Under the pieces are notes generated by a model. That model did not search any database. It had not been told where the DNA came from and saw only the letters and a list, made by a program, of their open reading frames with translations. The position numbers and the translations under genes are program-made. Shown here piece by piece: positions 13,201 through 27,154 of a stretch of DNA of 64,000 nt (positions are counted from its first letter, which is position 1; each line of letters begins with the position of its first letter). Origin of the DNA: Paramecium tetraurelia (lineage: Eukaryota); contig CT867990.1 in NCBI GenBank assembly GCA_000165425.1, positions 1 through 64,000 of the forward strand. The letters run 5' to 3'.

Positions 13201-14628
13201 TTAAAATCTGGGTAAATAGGGGAACATTTGTTTTAACATCAAGTCTAAAGGATTCACAATAATTCATCTGATAATGCTTTGGAGAGAGTTGGTCCTACTG
13301 ATAAAACTATACAAATAAATTATAATGTTTTAACATACCAATTGGAAATCTTCTGAATATTAATGCAATAGATGATGAGTCTTGTGAAAAATTTATGAGA
13401 GAGCAGCTGAAAATTATGGGAGTATCTCTACTTAGCTAGATTTTTGTTTTTATATAAATACATCATAGTCATTACGATGAAAAGAATATAGTGTACAAGA
13501 TTAAGTTTGCTGAAAGTTTGAATGATAAAATTGTTTAAAATGAGAAGAAAAGGATTAGAGCCTAATTCGTCATTCTCATAAATAAACAATTAAATTTACA
13601 TAAGCATAAAGTTGATCCCTTAATAAAAATTTCAAAATTAAGTTTAGTGGAATTTACATATAAGAACAAATATTAGTTAAACTAATGTAGTCTACATGAT
13701 ACTCTTGAATTGAGCTACATTGAAATAAATTCAATAAATACCTGGAAGTTGTTTTGAGTTTAAAGTTTCAAGTTTAACATAATATCACTTAATCTATTTA
13801 AACTGAGAATTTAGTCAAATCTGGATTTTATTTAAATTAAAACGAACCAAGTTGGATGATATTGTTACAATCAATTTTTATAATTATAGAAAAAAAATTG
13901 ATATATATAACTTAGAGTAAGTCTCAGAGATTTATGAAAACACACTTAGGTTGGATGATTAATAAAGTAACTAGAATATCTAAGTGCTAATTCTCTTTTT
14001 ATTCTTAGGATTTTGTTTTAGAAAACATAAAGTTCAACCTGACAGAAATTTCGCCTTATATTGCTAGTTCCAGTTCTTTCTGACTTCTTTTTAAGAATCA
14101 TTTGATTTAATATCGAATAATCAAATTCTATAACTTCCTGTAAAGATATATTACAAAATATTCTCAAACGATAATTTTTTTTTGTTTTAGGATAAAAAGT
14201 TTTACTATTATGTGTATGAGGAATTAGTCTAGTATATTTAAAATTTTAGGATGTAATAATATTAACGGGACAGTAGGATTCAATTGCGAGTAAAAATTTG
14301 AGACTCCTTTAAACAACAACGATAACTTAATTATCCTAAGATATAATTTAGTATTTACAAAAATTTTATTTGAATATTAATTAGAACTTTTAAATTGGTT
14401 AAATATCTATGTCTAGTTAATACAATATCAAAGAATCTGAAAATTTTAATGAATAATGAGTATAATAGTTCCAATCTTTTCAAATAAAACATACTAAGTG
14501 CAAGATCTCTCATATTCATTTAATCAATTAGTTAAATGGCAAGATCTAATGAAATGAGTGTAATAATACATTCCGTAAGACAACCCTAAAATATTTTTAT
14601 TATTATTATAAATATAAAAACGGTAATA

Positions 14629-15886
14629 ATGAAGAGAATTTTATTAACAGTTCTAATTTCCGTGTCATTGGGATTACCTGTTTAGCCAAAATTAGATGAG
14701 TAGAAAGTGGATGAGTTAAAAAATGGAAAGCTGTCGAAATTTATATTAACATTCGCATAATTATCAAGCATGTTGGAACGACCTTTAGGTAATTTATGCA
14801 ATTTAGTTTTTAGTTGATTTGGATTTTGCAGTTCAAGATTTGAGTGAGGATTTAAAAGAAATGTAAGAGGAAGTGTCCTAAGACTTTTTTTAAAGATCAG
14901 CATAACATAAAAAAATAATTGATGATTTAGATGTTTTATTGGGAAATGCTTAAATTGAGATTAGTAACAGCATTAACCTAGTGGAAAATGTACTTAAAAA
15001 CTAACTTGTATGTTTTCATATCTATTAAATAGGTCTAATTGAATAACAAGCAGTCATCTTTACAAGACTTCGTGAGTTAAAATAGAGTAGCCATTCAAAG
15101 GGAAGATTTGATGCATTAAACTAATAGCAAATAATATGAGGAAAAGAGTACGTGAAGTCTCAGTATTTTTTTAGTTACTGATCATTAGACGGCATTGAAG
15201 ATTTTAGACAAAGCATTGGACATTGTATAAAAGTTCATTTCAGGAGAATTGGATATTAATTAAAGAGTATGTGATTATAATATCTAATTAGGACCCAACT
15301 CAAAGAGATGTGTAAGAACTTACCGGATGCCTCAATAAGAGATATGGAAATTATCCTTTAGTAGCTGCATTAATAGAGAGTGTACCAACTTTTGAGAATA
15401 TGAAACAACTTAAGAAGATAAGGCAAAAGCTTGTTAAAGTGAAATAGGCGGTCTAAGATCAGTACAATGAAGACTTGTTTCATGATAAAACTCAAACATC
15501 TTTGTATGAAAAAAGAAAGGCTTAATTAGAAAAAGAACACTCAATCTTCCAATAATAAATTGCCGATAATATGTTCTCAATCAATACAATTTAATGTAGC
15601 TTTATTAGATAACTATTAATTAGAAAAGATAAAAGTGGAGGAGGACTTTTAAGACATGAGAAGAGATGATGTTAAAAGATATGCTCAACAAAGATAAGAT
15701 GAAAATGAAGCATTTGCTTATGAGATTGCAATATTTTAGGATCTAAAAAATATGTATTTAACTGAATAATAACTTGGTGAATAAGCAATTAAGTACTCTT
15801 TCTTATTAATCATTAGCTTCATCAATACAAAATAATTTTCTGATTTAATTAGAAGTAATTTGGACATAGCACTTAGAAATAAATGA
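14629..15886 (+). CDS. trichocyst matrix protein-like (TMP/GRL family) secreted coiled-coil protein
   Basis: Signal peptide MKRILLTVLISVSLG, then DELKNGKLSKFILTFAQLSSM…DLDFAVQDLSEDL typical of TMP precursors; several ~25-nt introns; TGA 15884-15886. Confidence 0.7.
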
Positions 15887-15891
15887 TGAAA

Positions 15892-16326
15892 TCATTCAAT
15901 AATTATATATTAATCATTTTCTTCAAAATAATTTAATAATATTTCGGGATTGTGTTGTATGATCAAAGAATAAGGATGATATGAATCTGATGGTTTTGTG
16001 CTTCCTAGATGTTTCCATGATATCAAAAATTTCGCTTCATTTAGAGTGTGTCCTGTATGTGATAGGATTTTTTCAGGTTAATTCTTTCCAAATTAACCTC
16101 CCTTTTTGAGGTCCTATTATGAACACTTAGAGGTTCTTAATTGGAGGGATTTTTTTTTTTAAGCAGCTAAACTTTAAACTTGTTCACTTTTTATTTCTTC
16201 TTTTTTTAAGTAGCCACTACCTCTTTTTGTTTACCTGGGTTGAGGATAGTTTTTTTAAATGTTATGAGATGATTCTAAAATTGCTGGAAATTATTTTTCA
16301 CATTTTATCATTCTTTCTTCAATCAT
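15892..16326 (-). CDS. chromo-shadow-domain-only protein (144 aa, intronless)
   Basis: C-terminus QPEKILSHTGHTLNEAKFLISWKHLGSTKPSDSYHPYSLIIQHNPEILLNYFEEN fits the chromo shadow consensus (PEkI…FLmkWK…P.lvi.fyE); basic low-complexity N-terminus. Confidence 0.7.
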
Positions 16327-16476
16327 TTTAATTAAATATTGAATTTTATATTAGTTTCACTCTAGGTTAATAAGAATTTATTTATACATCTAAATTTTAA
16401 CTTTTTTAAAATGATTATTCCTGTGGGTTAATCTAAAAGCAATATCATTAATATTAAATTATCATTAAATTATATA

Positions 16477-17425
16477 ATGGCAGAGAGAATTGTATTTAAT
16501 AATTAGGCTGCTCAACACATACAAGCATACATTGATTATTGCAATGTAGTTGGCGATAATGGAGGACCATTACTAAGTGAGAAGGAGTATGAAGCCTTAA
16601 AAAAGAAATAATAAGAAGTTTAGTAATTAAAATAATTAGAATATCAAAAATCGTGTCTATGCGACTTGGAAGAACAGCAAAGGAATGGAATGCAAACAAA
16701 TTGGTCCAGCTAGTATGTGCTTTTGTGGACATAGATTCAAAGAACATGAATACATGATGCCAAAAAATAAAAAAGTACAGTTCTATTAATTATAATAGGT
16801 TGTTTGCAAAAATAAACAATGCAGTTGCCCTTAGTTTAATTACATTCCCATTTTTGGATCCCAAGATCTGAAATGTGTTTGCCATCATTCTTACACAGAA
16901 CATGATCCAATCACAAAAAAATGTACTAAAGGATAATGCGGATGCAACACTAGGTTTTAAAGTAGTTGGCTATGTACTTGTGGTTTAAAATATAACGATC
17001 ATGTGACTATTATTGAAACCAGAGATGAGAGACTTGCTTAAGGAAAACCAGTTGATGATATAAGACCAGATGGCTCAGCAATACCTTATATGCCAGGTGG
17101 AGTTGCGAGTTTTTAAGCCTTGGTTGATGGAGCTGATGGTTATTAAGCATACATTGACGAATTAGGAGGATAAAAGTTGGCACTTGGATATCAGTAATAA
17201 AAGGCAATTGGAGATGATCCAAAGAAGCAAAAACTCTAAAATTTAAATAAAAAGTTTGCGAATTAACAATAATAGTAATAATAATAGCAATAGTAAATGG
17301 ATCAATTAGACTAATTTGTAAATGAGAACAGTGGAAATCAAGTAGTTTCAAAAGACAGCTTATTGCATTTATTCAATACTCCACATATATATGGAAGGGC
17401 TCAGATTGGTTATAAAAAATATTGA
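16477..17425 (+). CDS. FAM221A: FAM221A-like Cys/His-rich protein
   Basis: YIDYCNVVGDNGGPLLSEKEYE…NRVYATWKNSKGMECKQIGPASMCFCGHRFKEH…CTCG..YNDHVTIIETRDERLAQGKPV closely matches FAM221A; 2 tiny introns. Confidence 0.85.
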
Positions 17426-17500
17426 TGATTAGATATTAATATCTGTAATAAAGGATATTAGAAATAGATGTAAATTTATTACATTATAATATAAAAATTT

Positions 17501-18147
17501 TCATTCATCTTGATCGTATTTGTTTTTATTTACAAAACTTTTACTTCGTTTGTGTATTCTATCTGCAATTTTAGTTTTTTGTGAATCAAGATCATTTTGG
17601 ATAATCTATTTATAATAGATTTAAAACTTAATTTATTTTCGTTGTTTCCATCTTCAGATTATCGATCATCTACTTTACTTCATTGTTTTGGATAGGGATT
17701 ATGGCTTTATTCAATTGAGTATCTATTTCTGATTTTTCTGTGGGGTTTTCGAATGAAGTCACATCTTCATAATGCTAAATCTATTCAAAATTAGTATGAA
17801 TCTTGAAATCAATTTTTTTTGTTTACTCTTTATCTAATTGCTCCTCTTATTTTTTTGGAGATATGATAATTGGATGACTCATAATCCAATTCAACTTACT
17901 TTTGAAATACTCACTTTTTTAGTCCTTCTGAGATTCGTAATACTCAACTCCTTTCTGATTGTTTCATATGATTATTGATACCATATACAATTGGATAAGA
18001 TTATTCAATGCCATACTATCTTAATATTTACTCATCATTAATGTTATATCATTCTTCAATATCTATTCTGCAAAATCTTTTGGCAATTCACCTAAATTGT
18101 GATTACTTGTTACTCCTATTTTTTTGACTTTTGCCTAAGAAGGACAT
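17501..18147 (-). CDS. hypothetical ciliate protein (LPKDFAEQ…LIQLY..GVEYYE family, coiled-coil tail)
   Basis: Frame continuous after removing a 22-nt intron and further short introns; TGA 17503-17501. Confidence 0.65.
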
Positions 18148-18205
18148 TACAAATATAATTATTAATAATTTCTGAAATAAATAACGTTTGAATGAAAAAA
18201 AGCAT

Positions 18206-20079
18206 TCAAGGAATCTTCTTGTTTCTATTAGTTGGAGTAGATGCTTATTTACTAGATTAAGACAAGGTTGGCAAGTTTTCAGGGATTCGAATTTATCTTG
18301 TTGAATTGTACAATCTTGCCATTTCGCTGACTTCCGATCCTTCTATTTAAATAGGCTGATCCTCAAATTAATCTTAAAACTATTTTCTGTGTGAATTTTG
18401 TATAGCAATCCTATGTAAATCAATATGTTTCTTTGATTCTGTTTTCTATAATTAGGTTGTTGGGATGTCTATAAATTTATGTTAACTAATTACCAGATAT
18501 ATCTCTAGATCCCAATCTATTTAGTTTAGAGCTATATTAACTAAATTTAGAAGCTCCCACCACAGAAGGAGCTTTCATTTCTATTTTGGCAAATGAATTA
18601 TTAGAAACACAAGATATGGATTCAATCGAATTCAAATTTCCTGTGAATGCTGGCTATCTTTATTCTAGATTCAGATCAATTGAACCCATTTTCACATTAT
18701 TCTTATATTACTAATTGTAGTCATTTAAATTATTTGAAAATTTCTCCTATTTTACTTAATGCTCTTTTGCTAATTCTTTAAAATAAGGATGTCTTAAACA
18801 CTAATTTAATTATGTAAATTTCTACCTCACTCGAACTCAATCTATCCTAAGCTTTCTTTAGCAACATGGATCGTATCAAATCTTACATTTGTATAGGAGC
18901 GGATTTAAATAAGGAATCATCAAAATCAATGATACAATCCTTATTTGCCTTCAAAATGGCTTTTTAATCTTTACCTGTGAATGGCTACCCTCCAGTCTAA
19001 AGTCAATTAAATTGCTTACAATTAATAGATACAAAATAATTCCAGCACTAAAAACATCACATTTTTCATCGTAAAATTATTAGCCATCAATATATTCTAG
19101 AATTTCTGGAGCTACAAATCCAGGAGTACCACATCTTTTAAATAAAATATTGTCATCCTACAACAATGCTGCCAATCCAAAATCTGCTAAGATTATTTCA
19201 TGATTGTTTTCATAAGATTTAAGTAGAAGGTTTTCAGGTTTAAGATCTCTATGCGCAATATTAAATTGATGCATATGATTTAAAGCTGATAATAGGTTGT
19301 AGGCTAATCTTTATAATGTTTCAGCAGGTAAAAAACCTAAAGAATTTAAATTTACAATACCTGTTTCTCTAACTCTTTAGAGGAGCTCTCCTCCTGCCAC
19401 AATATCGACCACAAAATAAACAGAATTAGCTGTTTCGTGTACTTCATGCAATTTGACAATATTAGGGTGGTTTAATTTCCTCATCACTTTCATTTCATTC
19501 AAGAGACTTTCAATTCCTTTGTGTTATTGTTGCATAAAAGATTTGCTAAATGCCTTGATAGCATATTAAGTGTTGTTGTCTTTTCTGGTGGCAAGGTATA
19601 CTTTGGCAAAACTTCCTTTTCCAATCAATTTAGAGACCATGTAAGCATCATGGAAATTCTCAAGCAGACATATTTTTCGAAGATGGATTCTCCATTAATC
19701 ATAAACAGACTTATCAGCTAGAAAGATCTCTAATGTCTTGGTTTAGTTTTGCAATCTAAATCCATACAGTTGCTCATCAGAATTCAATTAAACGAAATGA
19801 TCAGCTCCTGGTTCAATGTATGTCAAATGAGTAGTGAGGAGAGGTGCACATTACAATTTGTCGACAGTTACTTTATAAATGTATTCCAATCCAAGTACTA
19901 TGAAGATGGGTTTGACACTAACTTTGCCTGCAGTCAAAAATTCTTATTCAACTAAAAATGTTTGAGACTTGTTATAAAATGAAATAGGTTACATCCAATA
20001 CAGATTTATCACATGTTTACCAAAATTTATTCCTGGTTTTTCCAAAATCAAAGATAGAAATTACTTTTTATTCAGACAT
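18206..20079 (-). CDS. Ser/Thr protein kinase (CAMK-like) with N-terminal PH-like region
   Basis: [41 protein letters not shown] motifs (18990-19630). Confidence 0.9.
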
Positions 20080-20130
20080 TAATCTATACTACTGACACAA
20101 AAATAATAATTTAATAAATAAGTTTAATTC

Positions 20131-21692
20131 TCAACACCTTTTAACCATTTTATTTATACCAAAATTTATTTCTTCTTCAATCTTAAACTAGAAATCATCC
20201 TCTTCAGCCTACGAATTTCGCAGTTAATCAAATAGAGTACTTGTTTATAATTCATTCCTATATAAATTCTAAGATTACTCATTGATAACTTACATGATAG
20301 AGTGAACAAATCATTGTGCTCAACTACAAAGGGTTCAGAACAGATTTTAGAGAATCCCAAACTTGGTCCAGTTTAGAAGCTTGATCCTAGATCGATTTGA
20401 TTTCATTTTTAATTTTATCTAAAGAACTAAATAATTAATAATTAAAAAACCCTGAAATATTTGATTTTAACTATTACACCTTCATTTGAAACTTCTTCAG
20501 TTTTGTGAGATTCTCAAATTTAACGTTTGTATTTTCAAAACCACCTTTCATCCAGTCAGTGTAATCCCTTAAAAGATAAAAAATGTAATACTAGTCAGAA
20601 TTCGCAAACATGTCCTTTGAATGTGAACATGCATAAAGCAAATACTTAACCTACATTGGCAATAAGATTTCAGCTATGCTATCAAAGTACACTCTTGCCG
20701 TGTCATTTCTTTCCTTTGAATTTGATTGAATTCTATATCTCAATGCATCCATGATGATACCGATTTCGTCATCGCTAACTTTTTTTATTATACATAATTC
20801 CAATTTTTCAAACATTTGCTATTGCTGCTCTAAAAATGTTTAAAACTATCGTAGAGATTAAGATACCTTACTTTCTAAGTTTTTTTATTTACTATCTCCA
20901 TAGAATGAGCTTAATTCTTGCATATATCCTTTAGTTTTTCGTTTTCTTCTTAAAGTTCAGCAACCTACTTTTCAAGCAATTATTGATATATTTTCTTTCT
21001 CTCTCTTGAATTCTTGGCTGATTCTCTATTCTTTGCCAATTTCACTTGTGTAGGGTCACCAATTTCGTTTGATGTTTCATTTTGTAAATTCTACGATCTC
21101 TTTCTCTCTAGTTTTTATTAACTTTTTGATGATCTAGGTGTTATTGATGGAGACACAGAATTGTTGTTTGAAGTTCTTTTCTCTAATAACGATTCTATCT
21201 TTTCTCTATATATGCTCTTGCCTTAGTTTTGAGGTATCTGCAATTTTACTTCAGGTTTAAATATACTATTGATTTAGTCAGCCGATTCTATGTATAAATT
21301 TTGAAGGCTAACCTAATCTATATTCTTGATCTCCTGAATATTGGGATCGACTATTTCTTTCTGATTGTATTGATTACTTCTGTCTCGATTAATTTGATGA
21401 CTCTTCTTAAATCAACTAATTGTCAACATCGTCGATTTTCATTTCGTAAAATTGATCTAGACTATTTTTCATATCTTAATCCAAGGCAGGATATTGCAAA
21501 TAATTATTCTAGAAACTCCCCGCTAATTGATCACCATACCCCAAATAGTTTTTACCAAAACTCAATCTAAAATAGAAATATTATTATTAACTATTATTCC
21601 TAACCAGATCCAGCCTAGAAATCGGCTGTACCCGCAGTGCCCACAAAATTATAAAATTATCCACTTTATCTTGAATTAAAGCTATCTGCCAT
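20131..21692 (-). CDS. bZIP transcription factor
   Basis: KLAKNRESAKNSRERKKIYQQLLEKQVAELQEENEKLK (~21045-20930); frame restored by 25-nt introns. Confidence 0.85.
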
Positions 21693-21922
21693 TAGAATTT
21701 TTTCTTATAAATGTTAAAATTTAATAATTATATACTCCACATAATTCAAAATTGCTCAATATTCCTAATATGCATGTTATTTTTTATTATATCTAGTAAT
21801 TGTCAGATTTTCTTTGGATGGTATCATCAATGCATTTTATATTAGAGTAATGCATACTTTTTTGGTAAATTTGGGATAGTTCATAAATATTTTCAAATTT
21901 TTTATATATCATCGTTTTTATA

Positions 21923-22571
21923 TCATTCATTAACAATCTTAAATTCGCTTGAATTCTTCACAGCACTCAAACCTGTTAACTCATATGGATTGAATTTCTA
22001 ATGATGAGATCGGCATTGGCTTGCAGATCTAGTTTTTAGGAAATCTGACATCTGTTTAAATATTTTATTCATTTTCTTCTAATCTGAATCTGACATAATC
22101 TCTTTGTGACTCTCAATAAACTATATATATAGTCTATGCTCTTTATTAGTCCAATGGCCTTTCTCAGTTAAAACCAATAACATACCTTTTTTAAAGAATT
22201 TGCTTTTAGTGGATTTTTTCTTTTTCTTTTTGTTCAAAATAGGTACGGGCATATTGATGGATTAATTGTGATCAATACTAGTCGGCGTTTCAATGGGTTC
22301 ATTTTAAAAAGATCTCTGAAACGTTTTTGAGGACTTTCCTTAAATTTATGGCGTCGTTATTTGGTTTGGCTGGCTGTGAATCTCAGGCTATTAAAAGCTG
22401 CAGTTTATTCTTGGAAACTATGGCAAATAGTTGGCCGAGAAGTTTCCATACTAAGAATAAGGATACATCCATGGAAATTAATATAAAGGTTAACAAAAGT
22501 TGAAAGAACCTAGAGATGTATGATATTTTCGTACTTTATAAGTCTTGAGGAATAAAAGCAAAAGGAAACAT
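21923..22571 (-). CDS. Myb-like (SHAQKYF-class) DNA-binding protein
   Basis: GHWTNKEHRLYIQF…MSDFLKTRSASQCRSHHQKF; two tiny introns. Confidence 0.85.
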
Positions 22572-22974
22572 TTTGAAGATATAAAGTTGTAAATAAAAAA
22601 TAATTATTGTCTTTAAGGAATCACTATCATCAAGTTTAATTCACGATCTACATAATATTAAATATAAATAGTGTAAAGGTCAATATTTCAAGTATGCATT
22701 TTTAATAAATAGTGAAATATAAACATCTGGCTTCCTCGATATTGTAACTTTCTTTTTGAGATTTGTCACCTATTCTAACGGATAGACAAAGTCTATAAAT
22801 CACATATTTTTTTAATTCATTATTAAATTATGTGTAATATTAATTTATAGAATTGATACTCCAACAAAAACAAAGAGGAATTTTAATTTTGTGTATTTGT
22901 TTCTTGGGATGAGAGAGAGGATGAGAATTGATTATTTAAAAATCTGAGTTTTTAAATTGCATTTTATATTGATT

Positions 22975-23268
22975 TCATTATTTTTTTTTTTATTCATCGA
23001 TTAGTTGATTTAATTCCTTTATTCTATTTATAGATTTATGAATAGCCTTTAGGTCATCGGCCAAACGAGTTATTGTATGTTGAGCCATATCAAAATTCAT
23101 TTCAGCTTATTTCCTCAATTATGGAGATTTTTCATTTATTTTGCTCACTTCCAATTATGCATGCTATAGAGTCTATATTCTAGTTTATTACATAGAGATA
23201 TACATTGAAGTTTAGTTGGCAAAGGTTTCTTTGAGATCTTCATCTTTAAAAAATGCAATTGTTTGCAT
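22975..23268 (-). CDS. small coiled-coil protein, KxDL/KXD1 (BORC subunit)-like
   Basis: MQTIAFF…EVSKINEKS…FDMAQHTITRLADDLKAIHKSINRIKEL; one 25-nt intron. Confidence 0.5.
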
Positions 23269-23379
23269 TATAATTAATATTATTGTAATATTTTAATTGT
23301 TGTCTGCATTGTATTAAATCCAGTTGTTTTATAAAATTGAGATTTATTTTATTTAAATCAAATCAAGCTTGAAAAATAA

Positions 23380-23583
23380 ATGGAGATGCCATTAAAAAGT
23401 TTTGATTTGCAAGATACAGAATTTGGATAAATTAATGCTGAGTTAGAAATTAAGCAAATGCTAAAAAATCTCAAGCTTGAAGTTAAGCCATAAAATGGAA
23501 TGACAAGAAAGACAATAAGAAAAGTGAAATTGTGTTTAGGCGCGAACTAAATACTATAGAGAAGAAGTGCACATCATTATTGA
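23380..23583 (+). CDS. hypothetical 67-aa protein
   Basis: Intronless ATG-TGA frame MEMPLKSFDLQDTEFGQINAELEIKQMLKNLKL…. Confidence 0.5.
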
Positions 23584-24082
23584 GTGTAAAGTTATGATTT
23601 GATTGTTATAATACATTCTTATCCTATTTAATTATTAGATGACACATAGAATTAGTTCATAATTATTTTTTAGGACTTTTTTCTTCATAACTTTGATTTT
23701 TAAAAAGTGAATTTTTAAACAGTCTGACATTCTGAAAATGAATTGAATGATTCATTATATTGCATTAATTCAATTAAGATGACTTAGATAAGGATAATAA
23801 AAACTTTAAAGTTTAATAGATTTAGAATTGCCATAGGAATGAAATTTAATGTTAAGTGCATAAATGATATCACTTATTAATGTAATTAAATTTATTAAGT
23901 ATTGATGTTAATTTATCAATTTGACAGTTAATTAAAGAGATATTTGTTGTAATATTAGACTATAGACAATAAATTTGTTGATTTGAATCACTTTTCAACT
24001 AATATGGGTAGAAATAAATGTACTATAAAATATGAATTGTATTTATAAATACTAATTATATAATCATTCTACATCAAAACAT

Positions 24083-27000
24083 TCAATGATTTTTTCGTTT
24101 TGCTATTTTTATCATCTATTATGTAATACACAATTATATACTTGTCTAGGTTATTCGTATTAGGCTCTGGTTACTGATAACATCTATTACAGCTTTTTTG
24201 AGGTGAAGAAATGTAGACCTTGTTTGAATTATGCAATGATATTAGGATGATGTGCTTTTAATTGATAAATAGCCTATTTAAATGTTTCAAATTCATCAAC
24301 ACTAACATATCCACTCTTAAATTTTGTGATTTATTCTTCAAGAGTTCTCTTCTCCTCTGTAAAGTTTTCATAACAATGATCATCAGCTTCAGAACCTGAG
24401 GAGGAACAGCCATCAAAGTTCTCAAACTTTTCTTCCTTCTGTTATTCCAATTGATACGATAGCATTGATACGATATTACAACCAGTAGTCAATAAGATTT
24501 CAGGATTCTAGAGTATTGCATTAGAATAATAGATGATGAATAACTTAGCATCGTAACCGGCAGAATAATTCATTTCATATAACTCCTATTGAATACCTTG
24601 CATTTAGTTGGTTCCTATTATTTTTTCGGAAAGTGATTTGATTGTCAGTAATGCACTTAGGAATATACACTTAATTCTGGATGCTAATAATTCATCAGTG
24701 TTGGATTGTTTGATAATTTGATATGAATGATCAAAGATTTGTCTGAGAATGTTTTCGTTAAGATCATTCCTGAGACATTGAATTCCTAATTGAATCAGCA
24801 AGGCTCCTTCGCACTTATCTAATGTGGAATTCAAATTAGACACAATATTCGATAAGGCCAAATGGAAGTACTAAATACAACATTATAATTTTACAATTGA
24901 TTAAGTTGTTTCATTAATGAAATATTCCCTGCCATAATACATGTAGTTGTTTAAAAGTTCAAATAAAGATTAAAATGAGTAATTTTACGATTAGAGGATT
25001 CTTTCAAATTTAGGCAACAGGGATATTTGATCCATAGTTACTCTTTTTAATTTCTGTATTATGATTGAGACGAATGGAATCATTTTTTCTGTATATTAGA
25101 CAGATTCTTCTTCTTTAACTTGTTTATAGAGTTGAACTATTTGATTTTCAACACTCAATAAATAGTCAAAATAATTATAATGATTTGCGATTTAATGAAG
25201 GATATTCCATGATAATTCAATAAATATTTCTCTATTTATTTGATTGTTATATATATTAGTCTATTCTTAATAAATTCTCTAAGCGAGGTGCTATGCAATG
25301 AGTTGGATTGTGTTCTGTTAAAATTGATAGGTAGAGACCCATTCTTCAATCATTTGTAGGATTCGAATATCGCAGGTGCAAGATATTTAGGATGAGAATT
25401 TTTAGATAATTTCATCGAACAGTTTGTTTTTCTCTACGAATCCAGGTAGCTCATCTGAAGAGATAATCAAATTGATAGTGCTGATTTATTGGTAGAATAA
25501 GGCCAGTTTATTAAACTGTTCAAGTTAGACTATGTTCTCAAGGAATTGTTTATAAAATAGCTAACTCACTGTAGATTTCAGAATAGAATAGCTTTCGCCG
25601 ATTAATTTAGTGAAAAGTATTTGGATTAACTCATCTTAACATTGGAGAACTACTTGGTAACTGTTTTATATGATAATTGCCAAGTATTCCTGTATATCGT
25701 ATCTGGTGTTTAGATTAGGTTAGATGATGATTAGAATGATGAGAGATATTTGTAATCGTTATTTGCTATCATAATTATAAAAGATTGAGCTTAAGTATTA
25801 TAAACAGTTACTTATTTTGTAATAGTTTAATGTGATTGAATTCTTGTTCTGTTATGATGAATAATTGATTCGATAGTATTTCATTTATTGAATATTTAAA
25901 TAACACAAAAGCACTCGAGGATAAAAATGAATAAGCTCCATCTATGTGAGTAATCAAGGCTCGAATCAAATCCAGGGTTTGATTATGAAGTGATTAAAGT
26001 TTATTTTAACTATCAAAACTAAGTTCTTATTAAATAAAGTCTAAGGGTTCGTTATATAGCAGTGATAACTGTTTGGATGAATACACTAAATAAGAATACA
26101 AATGAGTGACAATCAACTATTGATAATAGTTTTAGTAGATATTATAGAATTCTATTTGATTTATAGTTGTCGACAGAATCTCCAATATGATTACAGTCAC
26201 TTCTTCTGAAATTGTGATTTGCAAGGATTGAATCAGAAATAGAATTAATTGATTTAGTTATTGATAAATTGGGAATATCTGCAATTGTTGTTTATTCCTG
26301 CTGGAGAGCATTCTAATTATGATATGTTTATAACATTTCAGAGTCAATATTTTAACATTCTATATTGTTGAATTGCTTTAACATTAGATGAAATGATTCT
26401 AAGATTGGAATGAGAAGATATTAATGAATAGTTTGCTCAGTTCCTGATTTTGAAGTATGAAATTTTGGAAGAACAAATACTTTTGTTGATCATATTTGAA
26501 AAAGCGAAAGAGCATTCCTTCAAAGCATTCCAAAAAGTTAAAGTAAATTAGATAATCATTTTCTAAGTTAAAGGATTAATTCATGATTTTGCTTACTTTT
26601 TCAATATAGTCAATGTACCAAGAATATTTATTTTGATCCACAACATCAGCATAGATAATTGCATCAGTTAATAATCTGAAAATCTAGATTGATAAGATAA
26701 TTGATCTTTGATCCTTCAGATATAGAAACATGCATTCCTAGAAATGATGACTATATTCTAATTTTAATAATCGCATTTACATGTATCCTCCTCAAATAAG
26801 ACTGCAATTGCTGATTTTATTAGATACTTGCAATTGTAGGGAACATTTAGATTTGTATATATTTCGAATAAGGTTTGCTTATAAAGTTGAGTTATCAATT
26901 CTAAATATTTTGATATTATATTACATTGATTCGATTTCATTAGTTTAATTGTAGCATTCAAAACTGTGGCTATTTAGAGGGAATCTGTGATTAAATGAAA

Positions 27001-27154
27001 TCTCATTACTTTAATCTTGTACTATAATCAACAATCCTAATTATTGAAAATGTTGAGGATTAGTAATTAAATGTTATATTAATTATTATTCTGCTTATTA
27101 TCTATGAGGGGAACACGAAAAGGATGTCAGAAGTAATTATTAAACTTCATTCAT
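24083..27154 (-). CDS. importin-beta family (importin-7/8-like) HEAT/ARM protein
   Basis: N-terminal …HRQQAEQQL, ~1000-aa helical body, acidic loop GCSSSGSEADDHCYE followed by DEFETFK near the C-terminus. Confidence 0.6.
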
